Source of the DNA: Mizuhopecten yessoensis
Taxonomy: Eukaryota
Assembly (NCBI RefSeq): GCF_002113885.1
Contig: NW_018405514.1
Coordinates: forward strand, 212,523 to 276,522
Length of the DNA: 64,000 nt
Reading direction: 5' to 3'
Positions 1 to 12,700 of this stretch are shown here, one piece after another. Below the pieces are notes generated by a model, which made no database searches, was not told the origin of the DNA, and saw nothing but the letters and a program-made list of their open reading frames with translations. The translations under genes and the position numbers were made by a program. Position 1 is the first letter of the stretch, and each line of letters opens with the position of its first letter.

Positions 1-717
1 AAATTTGGAGTGGTTTCAGTGTCTCAGAGATGGTACATTGGGTGTGGTTGCAGTGACTCAGAGATGGTACATTGGGTGTGGTTTCGGTGTCTCAGAGATG
101 GTACATTTGGAGTGGTTTCGGTGGCTCAGAGATGGTACATTGGGTGTGGTTTCAGAGGCTCAGAGATGGTACATTTGGAGTGGTTTCAGTGGCTCAGAAA
201 TGGTACATTGGTTGTGGTTTCAGTGACTCAGAGATGGTACATTGGGTGTGGTTTCGGTGTCTCAGAGATGGTACATTTGGAGTTGTTTCAGTGGCTCAGA
301 GATGGTACATTTGGAGTAGTTTCAGTGGCCAGGAATGGTACATTGGGTGTGGTTTCAGTGGCTCATAGATGGTACATTGGGTGTGGTTTCAGTGGCTCAG
401 AAATGGTACATTGGGTGTGGTTTCAGTGGCTCATAGATGGTACATTTGGAGTGGTTTCAGTGGCTCAGAGCTGGTACATTGGGTGTGGTTTCAGTGGCTC
501 ATAGATGGTACATTGGGTGTGGTTTCTGTGGCTAAGAGATGGTACATTGGGTGTGGTTTCAGTGGCTCATAGATGGTACATTTGGTGTGGTTTCAGTGGC
601 TAAGAGATGGTACATTTGGAGTGGTTTCAGTGGCTCAGAGATGGTACATTGCATGTGGTTTAAATGGCTCAGAGTTGGTACATTTGCAGTGGTTTCAGTG
701 GCTCAGAGGAGGTAAAA
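1..717. repeat. 34-bp minisatellite in an SNX8 intron (about 21 copies, truncated by the window edge)
   Basis: Unit GAGATGGTACATTGGGTGTGGTTTCAGTGGCTCA repeated with point variants. It explains the repetitive ORFs at 5-857. Confidence 0.95.
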
Positions 718-767
718 CAGGTAATTGGGTTTATGACAATAATCTCAGTCCCTGTTTGATAACTTAC

Positions 768-3700
768 CGAACCATTAAAGGTGAAGAAGAAAAAGACAAG
801 CTTGTCATCATAAATTTGAGGATGTCGAGCAATCAAGTTCAAAAATCTTCTCAGTGATTTTCTTCTTTGTTCAATAAACTCTCTACTGGCTGTAAAAATA
901 AACAAAACATACTGACTGTAGTTTGTAATTGTTGTGTAATTCATCCAACCTCATCACAATATTTTTATACAAGAGGCCCATGGGCCTTAACGGTCACCTG
1001 ATATATTTATACAGAGATCTAGAGTTGATTTTGTTTTTAACAGAAATATTATTCAAAGTGACAAAAAACAAAAAAAAACACCTTATTCAATATCTAGCAT
1101 ACAGATTTCAGACTAAAAAGTATTTGAAACTAGCACCTCTGATTCTAAACAAGGAAAATGAAGACATTTTAGCACACTGACTCCTTTGAGCCCCACCCTA
1201 CAGCCCTTGGGGGTAGGGCTGGCTCAAAATTTAAAAAACTGTCAACTCAAGGTTATAATTCCAATCAAGTTATTAACATGTAATATTCAAAGTATCATTT
1301 GCCACTATAAACCACAATAAATTTTGCCAATTAAACAAATGTTGGTCCAAAATGTGATTTCCCTATATAAACTATAGTAAAGTTTATCCCCTCCCAAGGG
1401 GGAAACGCGAGACCCCAGGGTCAAGAAATTCACAATTTTGGTAAAGCACCTTAAGACCCTTCCATATATGAAGAGTATTTGATTCTACCATATCTGGGTC
1501 TTGAGAAGAAGATTTTTGAAATTTTAGTCAATCTGACCCTTTTTGGCCCCGCCCCTCAGGCCCCTGGGGGCTTGGGACTAAACCGGCCACTGTTTTTGTT
1601 GACCTTTGTCCATGGAAGGTCCCTGCAAAATTTCATTGAAATTGGTTCAGGGGTTTTGGAAAAGAAGTCGAAAATGTAAATTGTTTACAGACGTACGACG
1701 GACGACGACGGACAAAAGGCGATCGCAATAGGTCACTTGAGACTTTGTCTCAGGTGACCTAAAAATCTTAAACAAAGTATGAACTTATTGGTGTCAAGTA
1801 CTTTCGCATGAAATCAATATCATCATATTGGAAAAAAAGGGTTTAAGCCACATTGCCTGTTTTCAATAAAACTTAATATACATACAATGTCATCAAAATC
1901 AGCCCATAAAGTGGAAGAAGTTACAATGTCATCAAAATCAGCCCATAAAGTGGAAGAAGTTACAATGTCATCAAAATCAGTCCGTAAAGTGGAAGAAGTT
2001 ACAATGTCATCAAAATCAGTCCATAAAGTGTAAGAAGTTACAATGTCATCAAAATCAGCCCATAAAGTGTAAGAAGTTACAATGTCATCAAAATCAGCCC
2101 ATAAAGTGTAAGAAGTATAACACCTTTTTTTCTCTCATAAGCTGAATATATGTTTTACCTCCCATCATTTTCTTAGGTGGAAGACTTGGAATCATTCGAT
2201 AGGGGAATCTTGTCATCAATAGCTCGTAAAATGATACAAAGTCGTTGTATCTTCTGAGGACGGTCGCTTTACAATTCTGGATGAAAACATTGCTCAGATT
2301 AACATCATGTACCATATATGTTATTGACAATCCATTTTGCCATTATGTAACTATCAATTGCAATATTTTTCAAAGAAATGGCACTAGGTCAAGCAAATAT
2401 ACCCTCCAATAAGCTATTGACCTCTACATCTTATTCTGCATTTGAATTCAAATTGAATAAATCTAATTACATGATTGCAATAAAATCCGACACAAACATG
2501 TAGTTGGGTATACATGTATTAGTTTACACTTTTACCAGTATACTAACCTGACTAGTCACTTCATATTCAACATGTTTTAAGATTAGGCCTTTTTTCTCTG
2601 GAACAAGTTCTACTTTCACAGTATCTAGTTCACACAGCTCTCGGAATGTAAATCCCAGCACGGTGGGTGTTTTGGAGCGTCTCATCTTTACACTAGTAGC
2701 TCTCAGGTCACCCAGATCTCCTAACCCTGGTTTTGGAAGTTCTGAAAGAAATGTTGTAATGATTAATATATATGTACAAAGTACCACCAAATCAATTCTG
2801 CTTCCACTGGGAATTCAGGTAAGTAAAATCTACTGCCATGCCTGATGACCCTTACAGCCAGAATTTAACCTAGCTTCCATGGAAGGATACCAGCATTACT
2901 TTCTTCTCAGCACTGGTGCTCATTTGTACAGATGAGTAGACTGGATCAATCATGGTAAAATATCCTATTAAAGGATACCACTTTGGTTTAAATGACCTCT
3001 ACCTTTGCAGTTCAAATTCAAGTTGGAAGGACAACGTACTTCTTTTCCCTAAACATTCCCATATAACTTACAGGTAAAAACTTTCGCCACTTTCGCCCAG
3101 CGCAACAAGGGGGATTCATCCTGACAGCAAATATTAGTATACATTATACAATATACAAATGTAATTGCATGTAAAGGGTAGCATTAACACTGGACCAACA
3201 TAGATTTTAACGATGAAGTGCAGCTATTTTATGGGGAGTAAGTATTTCGTTAAACAGTATTAAACCATAGCAAGGTATCGTATATAAACTCTGTGCAACA
3301 TTGTGCTAAATATTATTTCTTAGTTATAAGGAAGGTTGTTAGAAATGGACAGTTTATTTTAGAATAGGAATGACTTATCAGTAAAACTCTTTTAGGACAA
3401 TCCTGTACAGACTAAATGACAACATTTTTGGCCTTAATAACTGTTCCTAACAAAACACACTAGACCTCACAGCCAACCAGGTATTACTGGTAGAGTTATT
3501 GAATATCCAACACATCAAACACACTATACCTCACAGCCAACCAGGTGTTACTTCCTGAATAAAGGGGGCCAATCAGGTGTGGATTTACTCTCAAGAGTAA
3601 AGGGGGCCAAAAAGATGCAGATGTTTGGGGAACTGTGCTCCAAGGCAAAAAGCCAATCAGATATGCTTGCTATTCGGTCATAAAGGTTCCATACAAGAAA

Positions 3701-6700
3701 GAGTAATGCTAAACATGTTTGTAGGCCCTGCACTATCAAGCTGTACAAACAATGCTACTTTAAGGTACAAGTGTCTTAAGCTACTTCACCCTGTGTTTGT
3801 TATACACATGATAGATGTCATACACAGTGTAGATAATGGTACTCTACCTGCTTAGGTCAAGTACCAGGTAATGTTGGTTAGTAGGTTATCTTACAATCAC
3901 CTCATACTATTGATGAAGATGATGATGGTGGTTGTCAAGGATGTAATAAATATCACATGTGTATTGTGTATATTGTAAAACAGTGTTTTATAGCAGTGCA
4001 GATCTATGGGATGTAATAACACAAACACCATCAATTTGTCATTGACATAAATGTCATGATCATCACAAATATGATGTATATCATATAAATGGAAACATTC
4101 TGTAGACCATTATCTTATATACCTTGATATAAACCCTGAAGTGATAATACATATATACATAATTATAGTGGAAAGCGCATGAAATCAATAGATATGTTTT
4201 ATACAAAATTTGATTTGCTACTACATGTACTGGATTCATAAGTAATAGATGCCAAGACCATACTGTACCAATTGTGTTTATTTTATAATACATGTACAAC
4301 AATTACACTAGAACTGCACTACAGTGTTTATATATATATATCTCATTTAAAGTATGCTACCAAAGTTAATTTACAACATGAAAGTCAAACAATTCATTCA
4401 TGAGATCTAATATAAAGAGATATGTGGTCATAAACATTCTCTCGCTGAAGTGTATGGCAATAATGATTACATGTGTCTCCATATGTAGGTTCGACATGTC
4501 AGCAATCTGACCCAACGCATACCTTAGGTATTAGGGATTCATGTCCTTTTAAACATTAAGCTGAAGCAAGCAGATAATCATCGCAATGTGCACGTACATG
4601 AATAAATAAAGGGTGGTATTTACATGACGTCTTTGCAAAGAGCAAAAGAGACTACCAGGTAATGGAAACGGTAGAATAAAAGTTATACCTACATAACTAG
4701 ATCATAAACTACATGTACCAGGTATACAAAGTGCTAAGCATTGTAAGCTATATTCTAATCTTTGCATCGAAAATCACACACTCAACTCTACATACTTCAT
4801 CATTACATGTCCGGTAATTGAAATAAGTGCATGACTTATTCAAAATCTCACTGAATATTTATGATCCGCATTAAGTGTTTGTAAATAAACCCAGTATTAT
4901 ATAACATGATGAGTATGGCCATGCCTTTATATGTACACATCTTCTTATCTTAGTCACATACAAACACATACCGGTGTATTTATCAATTGGCAACTTTCCA
5001 ATAGTCCATCTCTGACCCGACCTGAAGTACCAACTCAACACCCTGTCTACCTTATTATAAATCACTAACCTTACTTGATGCAATGCCTTTTTGCATTAAT
5101 TCACCTCTCTGCATATTATTGTCACTTGATACCATAAGTACCAAGGAGTTACATGTTGATTTAAATATAACATGCACTGATGTTAACTATAATTGAATAG
5201 TAAGTTTTACTGCATTGTATGTATGGTAAAAGCATATTAGTTTGGGATGTTTTATATTTTACAAATTATTGTTATAGTTGCCTTGTAGCTTTGTGCTACA
5301 TGTTTAAGGAACTCCCTTTAGCTCAGTTGGTAAGGTATAAGTAGCAGACAGAGATGATAGGGGTCGATGGTTTAATACTCATTACGGCAGAAACATACTT
5401 AAAACTCTCCTGTTACATTTAATATATATGTGACCAAAGATTGTTAACTTAAAATAAAAACTAATCTTTAGATTCCTGATCTGAATGTGTAGATTTTTAG
5501 TTCTGAAGTAAATAACAAAATTTTACATTAGTTTCCTTTTTTAATGAGATTGACAATCCGCGGTACGGACATATTGTTACCCTGTTACAGTTTGGTTACT
5601 ATATTTACTCATGGTTTACCAAATGACAACTCTTTTCACTTGTTCTGTCCTAGAAACAAGATTTGTTTTATCAAGAATTATTTGAGCTAAAATGGAACTT
5701 CCGGACAATTTCGTTTAATAAATTACATATGAAATGGAAATACAGGACCCTTTTTATTACATTTTGACATTATGGAGAATGTACCTTTGAATATTTATCA
5801 AATCTTTGCCCATTATCAAGCCTTCAGTGATGCTCTTTTATGTTAATTATCGTATCAAAATGAACTTGCTAGTTTTATAATAATTTTCTCAGTTCATTTT
5901 GTGTTTTCATATTTTATGAATTTAAAGTGAATCATTGTATCTAGTTCTACAAATCAGTGGACATGTTGGTAAACAACACAAATTCATGTTTTCACAAGGA
6001 CAGTTGATATAAATGTACATTTACTCAGAGACAAGGAACATCACAATTATCACTTGGTGATGTCATCAGTCAAAACATATTTACACAACATGTACAGCTA
6101 GTATATACTTCAAGATAATTACAATCATATTATACGACCAATTTTAGAATTCAGAAGAAACATACTCATTATAATGATATTGCCAAATGATTTAACCATA
6201 TAATGGTACAATGTACACATGCTGTAACTTGTCCAATTATTAATGTTTTTTAAAATATCATAGCATTACAGATTACAGTAATAATCTCCTTTATGTACCT
6301 ACAGGTCTATCATATGTGTAGTACTTGACAACCTTAGTGAAAATTAGTTGATAAATAATAGTAAAATACAAACATTAGTGCAATTTCTATTTCAATACAT
6401 CTTGTCTGTCATGATACACCAGGATCATGATTAGAATGGTACAGCAAAGCTAACACAAGGTATACAATAGTTAGCAGATACTTTAATTAGATATAAAACA
6501 TATGTAATGTGATGATGCAATGTTATATTTTTTTAATGTTTTATTTATGCAAAAATATATGTATCGGACTATTATATGACATGACATTGCACATTCTGTG
6601 ATTGGAATGAAATACATAATCATTTTCTGTCAAGCTTTTAACATAATGTTCAACCAGTCAAACAGATACATACATTATTGATATCATCTGCTCAATCCAT

Positions 6701-9270
6701 TGGTTAAATGATGAATAGGTAAAATCTTACCCTGTCCTGAAAATGTTTCTAGGAGTTTTTCGTTGACTGATTTTCCTTGCTGGGCCAATGCTGTTAAGGC
6801 TAAAGCCTTGTATAGTCCTGTTCTAGACACAGACCCCTGCTTACTGTCCACTATATCCCATATCTGCATTACCAAATGAAAAGAAATACAGAACATTTTA
6901 TCAGTTAAATATATACAAACTAACATGATGAATCTTAATGTCATTGGAACCATTTAAATGACTTTTTACAAAATCCATATTATCTTTATTAAATGCCACA
7001 TATTTGTGTAGATTTGATTGATTTGGAGTTTTATACATTTTAAGTACTTATTTAAACTGATCGCGATAATTCTGTTAAAACTGTTTTAAAAATGGTGCTT
7101 AGGAGAAGTATTTATCCCTCTTAGTTTTTTTCATTCTGTGGGATTAAAATTAGACTATAATCAAGGATGTTTTTCATATTTTGAGCACTAGCCCGCAGGC
7201 CGATATTGAAAATTTCTGCTAGTCTGATCTCTATTTTCATAGTAAATATTGAACACTTTCACTATTATGTAAATTATACTCCATTTTAAGCCCTTAAGTT
7301 GTCTGATCCAGCATAACATGTAGGTGAGAACTTTGAAGGTTCAGAATGCCAGTGATGGTTCAGACACGAATTGGAACGAATAAACAATGATTGTGGATAT
7401 GACTTTATCTGGCAGACTGTCCATCCACAACTCTACTGTAAGACCGGTCCTCGGTTATATTTAACCATGATCTCAGTTTCAGAAGTTTCTTTAATTGACA
7501 TCTGGTGGGTGTGTTGGGTGATACTGAGAGCAATTTGTTCTTATCCACAATATTAGTGTTTTTAACTATTTTGTATAATTAAAACATGGCAGAATGAGAT
7601 CCAACATCCGCCAGTTACGTTCAGTGAAGTTCAGCATCCTCTAGTTGATGGATTCCTAAATAGAATTCACTTATCTGGCCATATGATGATATGCATAATC
7701 AGAATTCAAAGAAGACAGGACCAGGCAACGTCAAAAGGGGAGTCTCTGCCCCTATTATCCAGTTAACATGTTTCGGACCATCAGAACAGCGCACAAATGT
7801 ACCTCATTATTCTATTTTACTATTTGAAACATCACTATATACAGTCTGGTATTCTTTGTCCCTAGGCAGCGCATCACTTTTTATACTTAAGATATGTTTT
7901 GAAAAAAAGCTGACATATCCTAAATGTGGCATAATGAGCATTTTGTACAAATTTAGGAATGTCTCCATATTGATAACAGTAAATATTTTGAAAAAGAGTC
8001 CTGTTTTTCTGTTAAGTGTTACAAGATTCACACTGTGATCAATTTGCCATACTGCTATTTGCAAATCTGCACAACTGCAGTGACAGTTTGTTTTTCATAA
8101 AATATGTCTAATTTCATAATGTTATTGTTATATTTATAACCATAACTGTATATAAGCTATTGTGATCCTCTTATTATGGGTCAAGCATGAATTACTGATA
8201 AAGATGTTTTGTTTCCCAAATTTTTGAAATCTAAGATTAGGATAGTTAAGTACTTTTTTGTAGAGATGAAAAATGCTTAATCAAATCAAAGAATCGTCAA
8301 ATATGATGAATATGGACACAATGGGGAAAAAAAGAAAACAAAGTATCATGTTTCAGCATTTATCAAAGTGCCGAAAGTCTTGCAGAATTCAAAACATTTT
8401 TTAGAAATTACTGAAACATCTTTTACAATAATAAGAAAACATCTTTGTACTAAAACAACTGAGTACCATATACTGCTGGTTTCCTTTTTTTATTAAATTA
8501 TATTATTCTGGAGTGAATATAAAATATTACATGTACTATCAATATACCATATATACGGGAAAGGGAGAGAGATTTGATACAAGATATTGTTAAAACAATA
8601 GGATTTATATAGTTACATGTTGTACAAAATCACTTTCTACATTGCTGTATAATAACTTACAATACACTACATACATACTTGTTCTCTTTTAAATTAAATG
8701 CATGCATTAGTTTTACAAATATAGCATTTATAAAATCTGAAGTGTAAATGAAATAAGAGGCTATTACAATAAACGAAAACACTTCCGGGCGTGCTGTAAC
8801 CCTTGCTAATTAGCCATCAGCGTGACACAGTTTTCGGTCACATCTCGTTAGAAACGACAGGGGCTCCGCCCACCACTTTCGCTTCAGGGCAAATTAGACA
8901 TGTGTCAGTCGACAGTAATTTGTATCGTTGATACATGACAGATATTGTATCTAAAAACAAAAATGTAATAAACTCAATTACCTGTGAAATAGTCTGTCTT
9001 GGCAAATTGGATTTTAACAAAAGTTGTACAAACAAATCTTCATTCACTTGTTCCCCATGCGGGCACAATATTTCGTAAACTTCGCGATAATAGGGCGGCA
9101 CAGACCCTGCAAAGAAAATTAATTCATTATTAAGCATAACATTGAAAAAATAAGATAAACAACATATCGTTATTAAGAATAAAAATATTTCATCCGAAAT
9201 GCATCTTCGTCAAATTAGGAAAACATCTTTAGAGAAACACGTCCATACCGAACGACAGGTCGGCCGACAT
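768..9270 (-). CDS. SNX8: Sorting nexin-8 (Mvp1 family), 5' six coding exons; gene continues beyond the left edge
   Basis: GT-AG exons 9270-9249, 9106-8982, 6863-6731, 2741-2548, 2276-2159 and 889-768 join in frame. Product: MSADLSFGSVPPYYREVYEIL...DTVKVELVPEKKGLILKHVEYEVTSQNCKATVLRRYNDFVSFYELLMTRFPYRMIPSLPPKKMMGASREFIEQRRKSLRRFLNLIARHP. The PX domain has SNX8/Mvp1-type motifs (PEKKG..LKHVEY, RRYNDF, FPYR.IP.LPPK). Confidence 0.93.
969..1765 (+). mobile_element. Non-autonomous Helentron/HINE-type element (bivalve Helitron-N-like)
   Basis: 5' end ACAAGAGGCCCATGGGCC. Subterminal IR GGTCACCTGA (992-1001) pairs with TCAGGTGACC (1750-1759). 3' hairpin GGTCACTTGA..TCAGGTGACC, a GACG-type microsatellite near 1690-1714, and an A-run at the end. 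Confidence 0.75.
1883..2117. repeat. 39-bp minisatellite (about 6 copies)
   Basis: Tandem unit TTACAATGTCATCAAAATCAGCCCATAAAGTGGAAGAAG, beginning about 40 nt into the intron that follows SNX8 exon 5. Confidence 0.95.
5319..5390 (+). mobile_element. Degenerate tRNA-derived SINE head
   Basis: A-box-like TAGCTCAGTTGG followed by a decayed B-box-like GGTTTAATACTC. No intact cloverleaf. Confidence 0.45.
7890..8075 (-). mobile_element. Decayed CR1-type LINE reverse transcriptase C-terminal fragment
   Basis: Translation NRKTGLFFKIFTVINMETFLNLYKMLIMPHLGY resembles the CR1 motif NR.LG.I.RTF..LD.E.FL.LYK.LVRPHLEY. Confidence 0.6.
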
Positions 9271-9742
9271 TTTGGCCTGATCATGTGACTAAAATGTTTT
9301 ACTCTCTAAGCCAAACACAATACTTCAAATACATTTCCATTTAACGCCATTAGGTTTTGGACGTACTTTCAAATTTTCTATTCAGTTCTTGGGTTTACTA
9401 AAGTAATCCAATATCAAGTACTTACAAGAAGATAAGTAACCGCTTTCCACATAGAAGTATATTGGTTCGAGATTAATTATTATTTTCATTGGATGCAATG
9501 TTTACAAGCCAAATACCGCTCAACCTTGAACATGTACTCGTTTTCTAGGATATCGTGTGAATATTAGAACAGTGGCATCGTTTTGGCTAACTTTGCATTA
9601 GATCTTAATCTTGCAAACGTTATAGACTCTGAATTGTATACGAATATGTCATTTAATTGGAAAACCGGCTTGTTGGGAACCTGACATCAAGTTCAGGCAC
9701 GAGGAGTTCTGTCTGGCAACAGACCAATCGTCCGAGATTGTT
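9271..9742. promoter_or_regulatory. Putative bidirectional promoter of SNX8/IQCE with an RFX X-box-like site and a CCAAT box
   Basis: 472 bp between divergent ATGs. TTCTGTCTGGCAAC (9707-9720, RFX half-site GGCAAC) and CCAAT (9724-9728) lie just upstream of the IQCE ATG. Confidence 0.55.
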
Positions 9743-12700
9743 ATGGATAGAAAGAAATCACAGGTATTAAACATCAATTGTATTGTACATGCACATTTAT
9801 AAATCATCATAAAATGTATCATTTATGTAGAATCTTAATTCATCAGTTCACAATGCGCTTCCCATTGAGCCCCCCCCCCCCCCCCNCCCCCCCCCCCCCC
9901 CCGTGACTGGGATTCAAACCTGGGACCCTCCGAACCCTAGATAGACAGGCGCTCTACCAATTGAGCTTCCATGTCACCTATGATCAAAGATGAAAAACTT
10001 TTCCTAATTACCTAAACTACATTGATAGAAGAAGAAAGAGGAAGCTAATTTACTCGAAAAGGAGATTCCTGTAGACAAAGTCCAATTATATTAATCACTC
10101 TTGATGGAAGTATGCAGATGGTCTAATTATATTGAAGAGATAAAAGCACTCTGCCATGAGAAAACCTGAAGTCAGGTAGGTGACCCTACCTGTACCTTTT
10201 TACATCCCATTGTGCCGATCGGGGAATCAATCTGAGGGGGATTCCCTGCTGTCTTAACAAATAGCAAGTTTGTGCCACTTGACCAGTCACAATGTGTGGG
10301 TTTACCTGCCTCAACAATTCCCTAGAAAGCTGATTCCCTCTCATATTGATACCCTCTGCTGGCTACCATTTGGACCAAAGAGTGATTGATATTAGCTGAT
10401 AAGCTTGTTTCTTAACTGGTTTAAATAAATAAATGGGGTACTGTTGGCATGGGCACGAAATCCAACAGTTCATAAAAATTGTAAGAAAATATTAACTGAG
10501 ATTAAACATAAAACATTGTATTCCATACTAAGATCATGAGCACTTAAGCTGTAATTCACTTGTAAATTAATATTTATAACTTGCATTTTTTATAGAAATA
10601 CCAGGCAGATGAATATGATTCTGCTGATGATGATGAACTGCTGGAAACACTGGTAAATAAATAATGTTGTATATTAAATGTTGTACAGTATGTTGCATGC
10701 AATCATGTATTTTATTTTACTTATTTATATTATGTATGACATGAAAAAAAATGAAACAAAATATGGTTTAAACTGAACTGAAGATCATTAATGGTATAAA
10801 GGGAATTAGTGTAATGTAAACTAAAGTAATCAGAGAGTAAACCATGTGACAGTGTACTTGCAATTAATTTGTGTGATCATAACAGTATTGACACTTAAAA
10901 TGTATCATTATTATTTGTAATTATTAATGATTCATTTTCAAAAGATTTGTAAAGTTTACCTTTAACAAGGAATTGAGGTTGTTGTGTTACATTTCTATTT
11001 GTTTATATAAGCAGTAGGTTTATCTGTTAATGACCATTAAGTGTAGAATTTGGTTGCACTACGATTGATTGATTGATTATAATATTACTGTGTATAGATT
11101 ATTGAATCATTGAATTTTACCATTTCAGATCGGAAGAAATCGTTCAAAGCCTAACAAGAAAAAACAAGGTAAATTAGACAGTAACTCAGTCAGGACCAAG
11201 AATGGTATTATCTGGTTCGATGAAGATCGTCAGATAGAATCATTGAAATTAAAGCACACTTTACTTTATAGAGTTTTTGATTACCTATAGCATGAATACT
11301 ATTTCAACTGTAATAAATCATATTGTATGAATTGTGGACATTTAAGGTATATTTGTATATATAGGAAATTTATTACAACATTTATTTCATGACCTGAAAA
11401 AACTTTTCTTTGTTGTAATTTTCAGCTCAAAATAAAAAAAATCTAAGATCACAGACACCAAAGCCAAAGAAATCAGGTATTTTTTTATTTTCTATTATAT
11501 TTTAATCAATATTAAAGTTGTAATGGGTCATAATCTGATACAATTTCTGTATTATTAATATACATTACTCTGCTTTCTCATTTGGTCTGATATCGATCCT
11601 ATCACTTTAATCAGAAAGGGTTTCTTGTGGAGAAGCTTAACATGAAGTGGGATGTTTACTATCAATGAATATCAATATAGTATAGAGACTAAATTATACA
11701 TGATTATAACTTTATTCAGTAACTTATACATTGATTGCTAAAAAAAACACTGATGCATAAGAAGTGCTCTTTAAAGAATATCTTGCGTGCAAAAAAGTGT
11801 CCTCTTTTGGTCAGCGCCCTACCCTTTTCAAATCCTAGCTGAAACACTGGTAATATGTGATTATACTTACAGCAACACCTAGAAATAACAAAAAGAAGAC
11901 TAGGGACAGGGCACACAGTTGTCCTCCTGGTCAGACAGGGAGAGAACTCTGGTTAGCTGCCGTCAAAAACAGACAAACTGGTGAGTACATATACTTTTGG
12001 TACCATTAAACTCTGCCCAAAACAAAAAGTTGGGTGAATATGGACATTTGATAAGCTTAGATCAAAATATACATTTGGGACAAGAAAAGAGACCCCTGGT
12101 TAGCTACTGTCAAATATAAACATATGGTACAAATAAAGAGACCCCTGGTTAGCTGCTGTCAAATATAAACATATGGGACAAATTAATAAAATGACCCCTG
12201 GTTAGCTACTGTCAAATATAAACATATGGGACAAATGAAGATACCCCTGGTTAGCTACTGTCAAATATAAACATATGGGACAAATAAAGAGACCCCTGGT
12301 TAGCTACTGTCAAATATAAACATATGGTACAAATAAAGATACCCCTGGTTAGCTACTGTCAAATATAAACATATGGTACAAATAAAGAGAACCCTGGTTA
12401 GCTGCTGTCAAATATAAACATATGGGACAAGAAAAGAGAACTCTGGTTAGCTACTGTCAAATATAAACATATGGGACAAATAAAGAGAACCATGGTTAGC
12501 TACTGTCAAATATAAACATATGGGACAAATAATGATACCCATGGTTAGCTACTGTCAAATATAAACATATGGGACAAATAATGATACCCATGGTTAGCTA
12601 CTGTCAAATATAAACATATGGGACAAATTAAGATACCCCTGGTTAGCTACTGTCAAATATAAATATATGGGACAAATAAAGGGAACCCTGGTTAGCTGCT

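Noticed and set aside
1883-2117. C/D snoRNA array (CTGA and TGATGA in each unit on the SNX8 sense strand)
   Set aside because: The motifs arise within a simple 39-bp VNTR, with no terminal stems or recognisable guide sequence.
9901-9968. Functional tRNA gene
   Set aside because: A and B boxes are present, but there is no proper acceptor or anticodon stem. Better explained as a SINE head.
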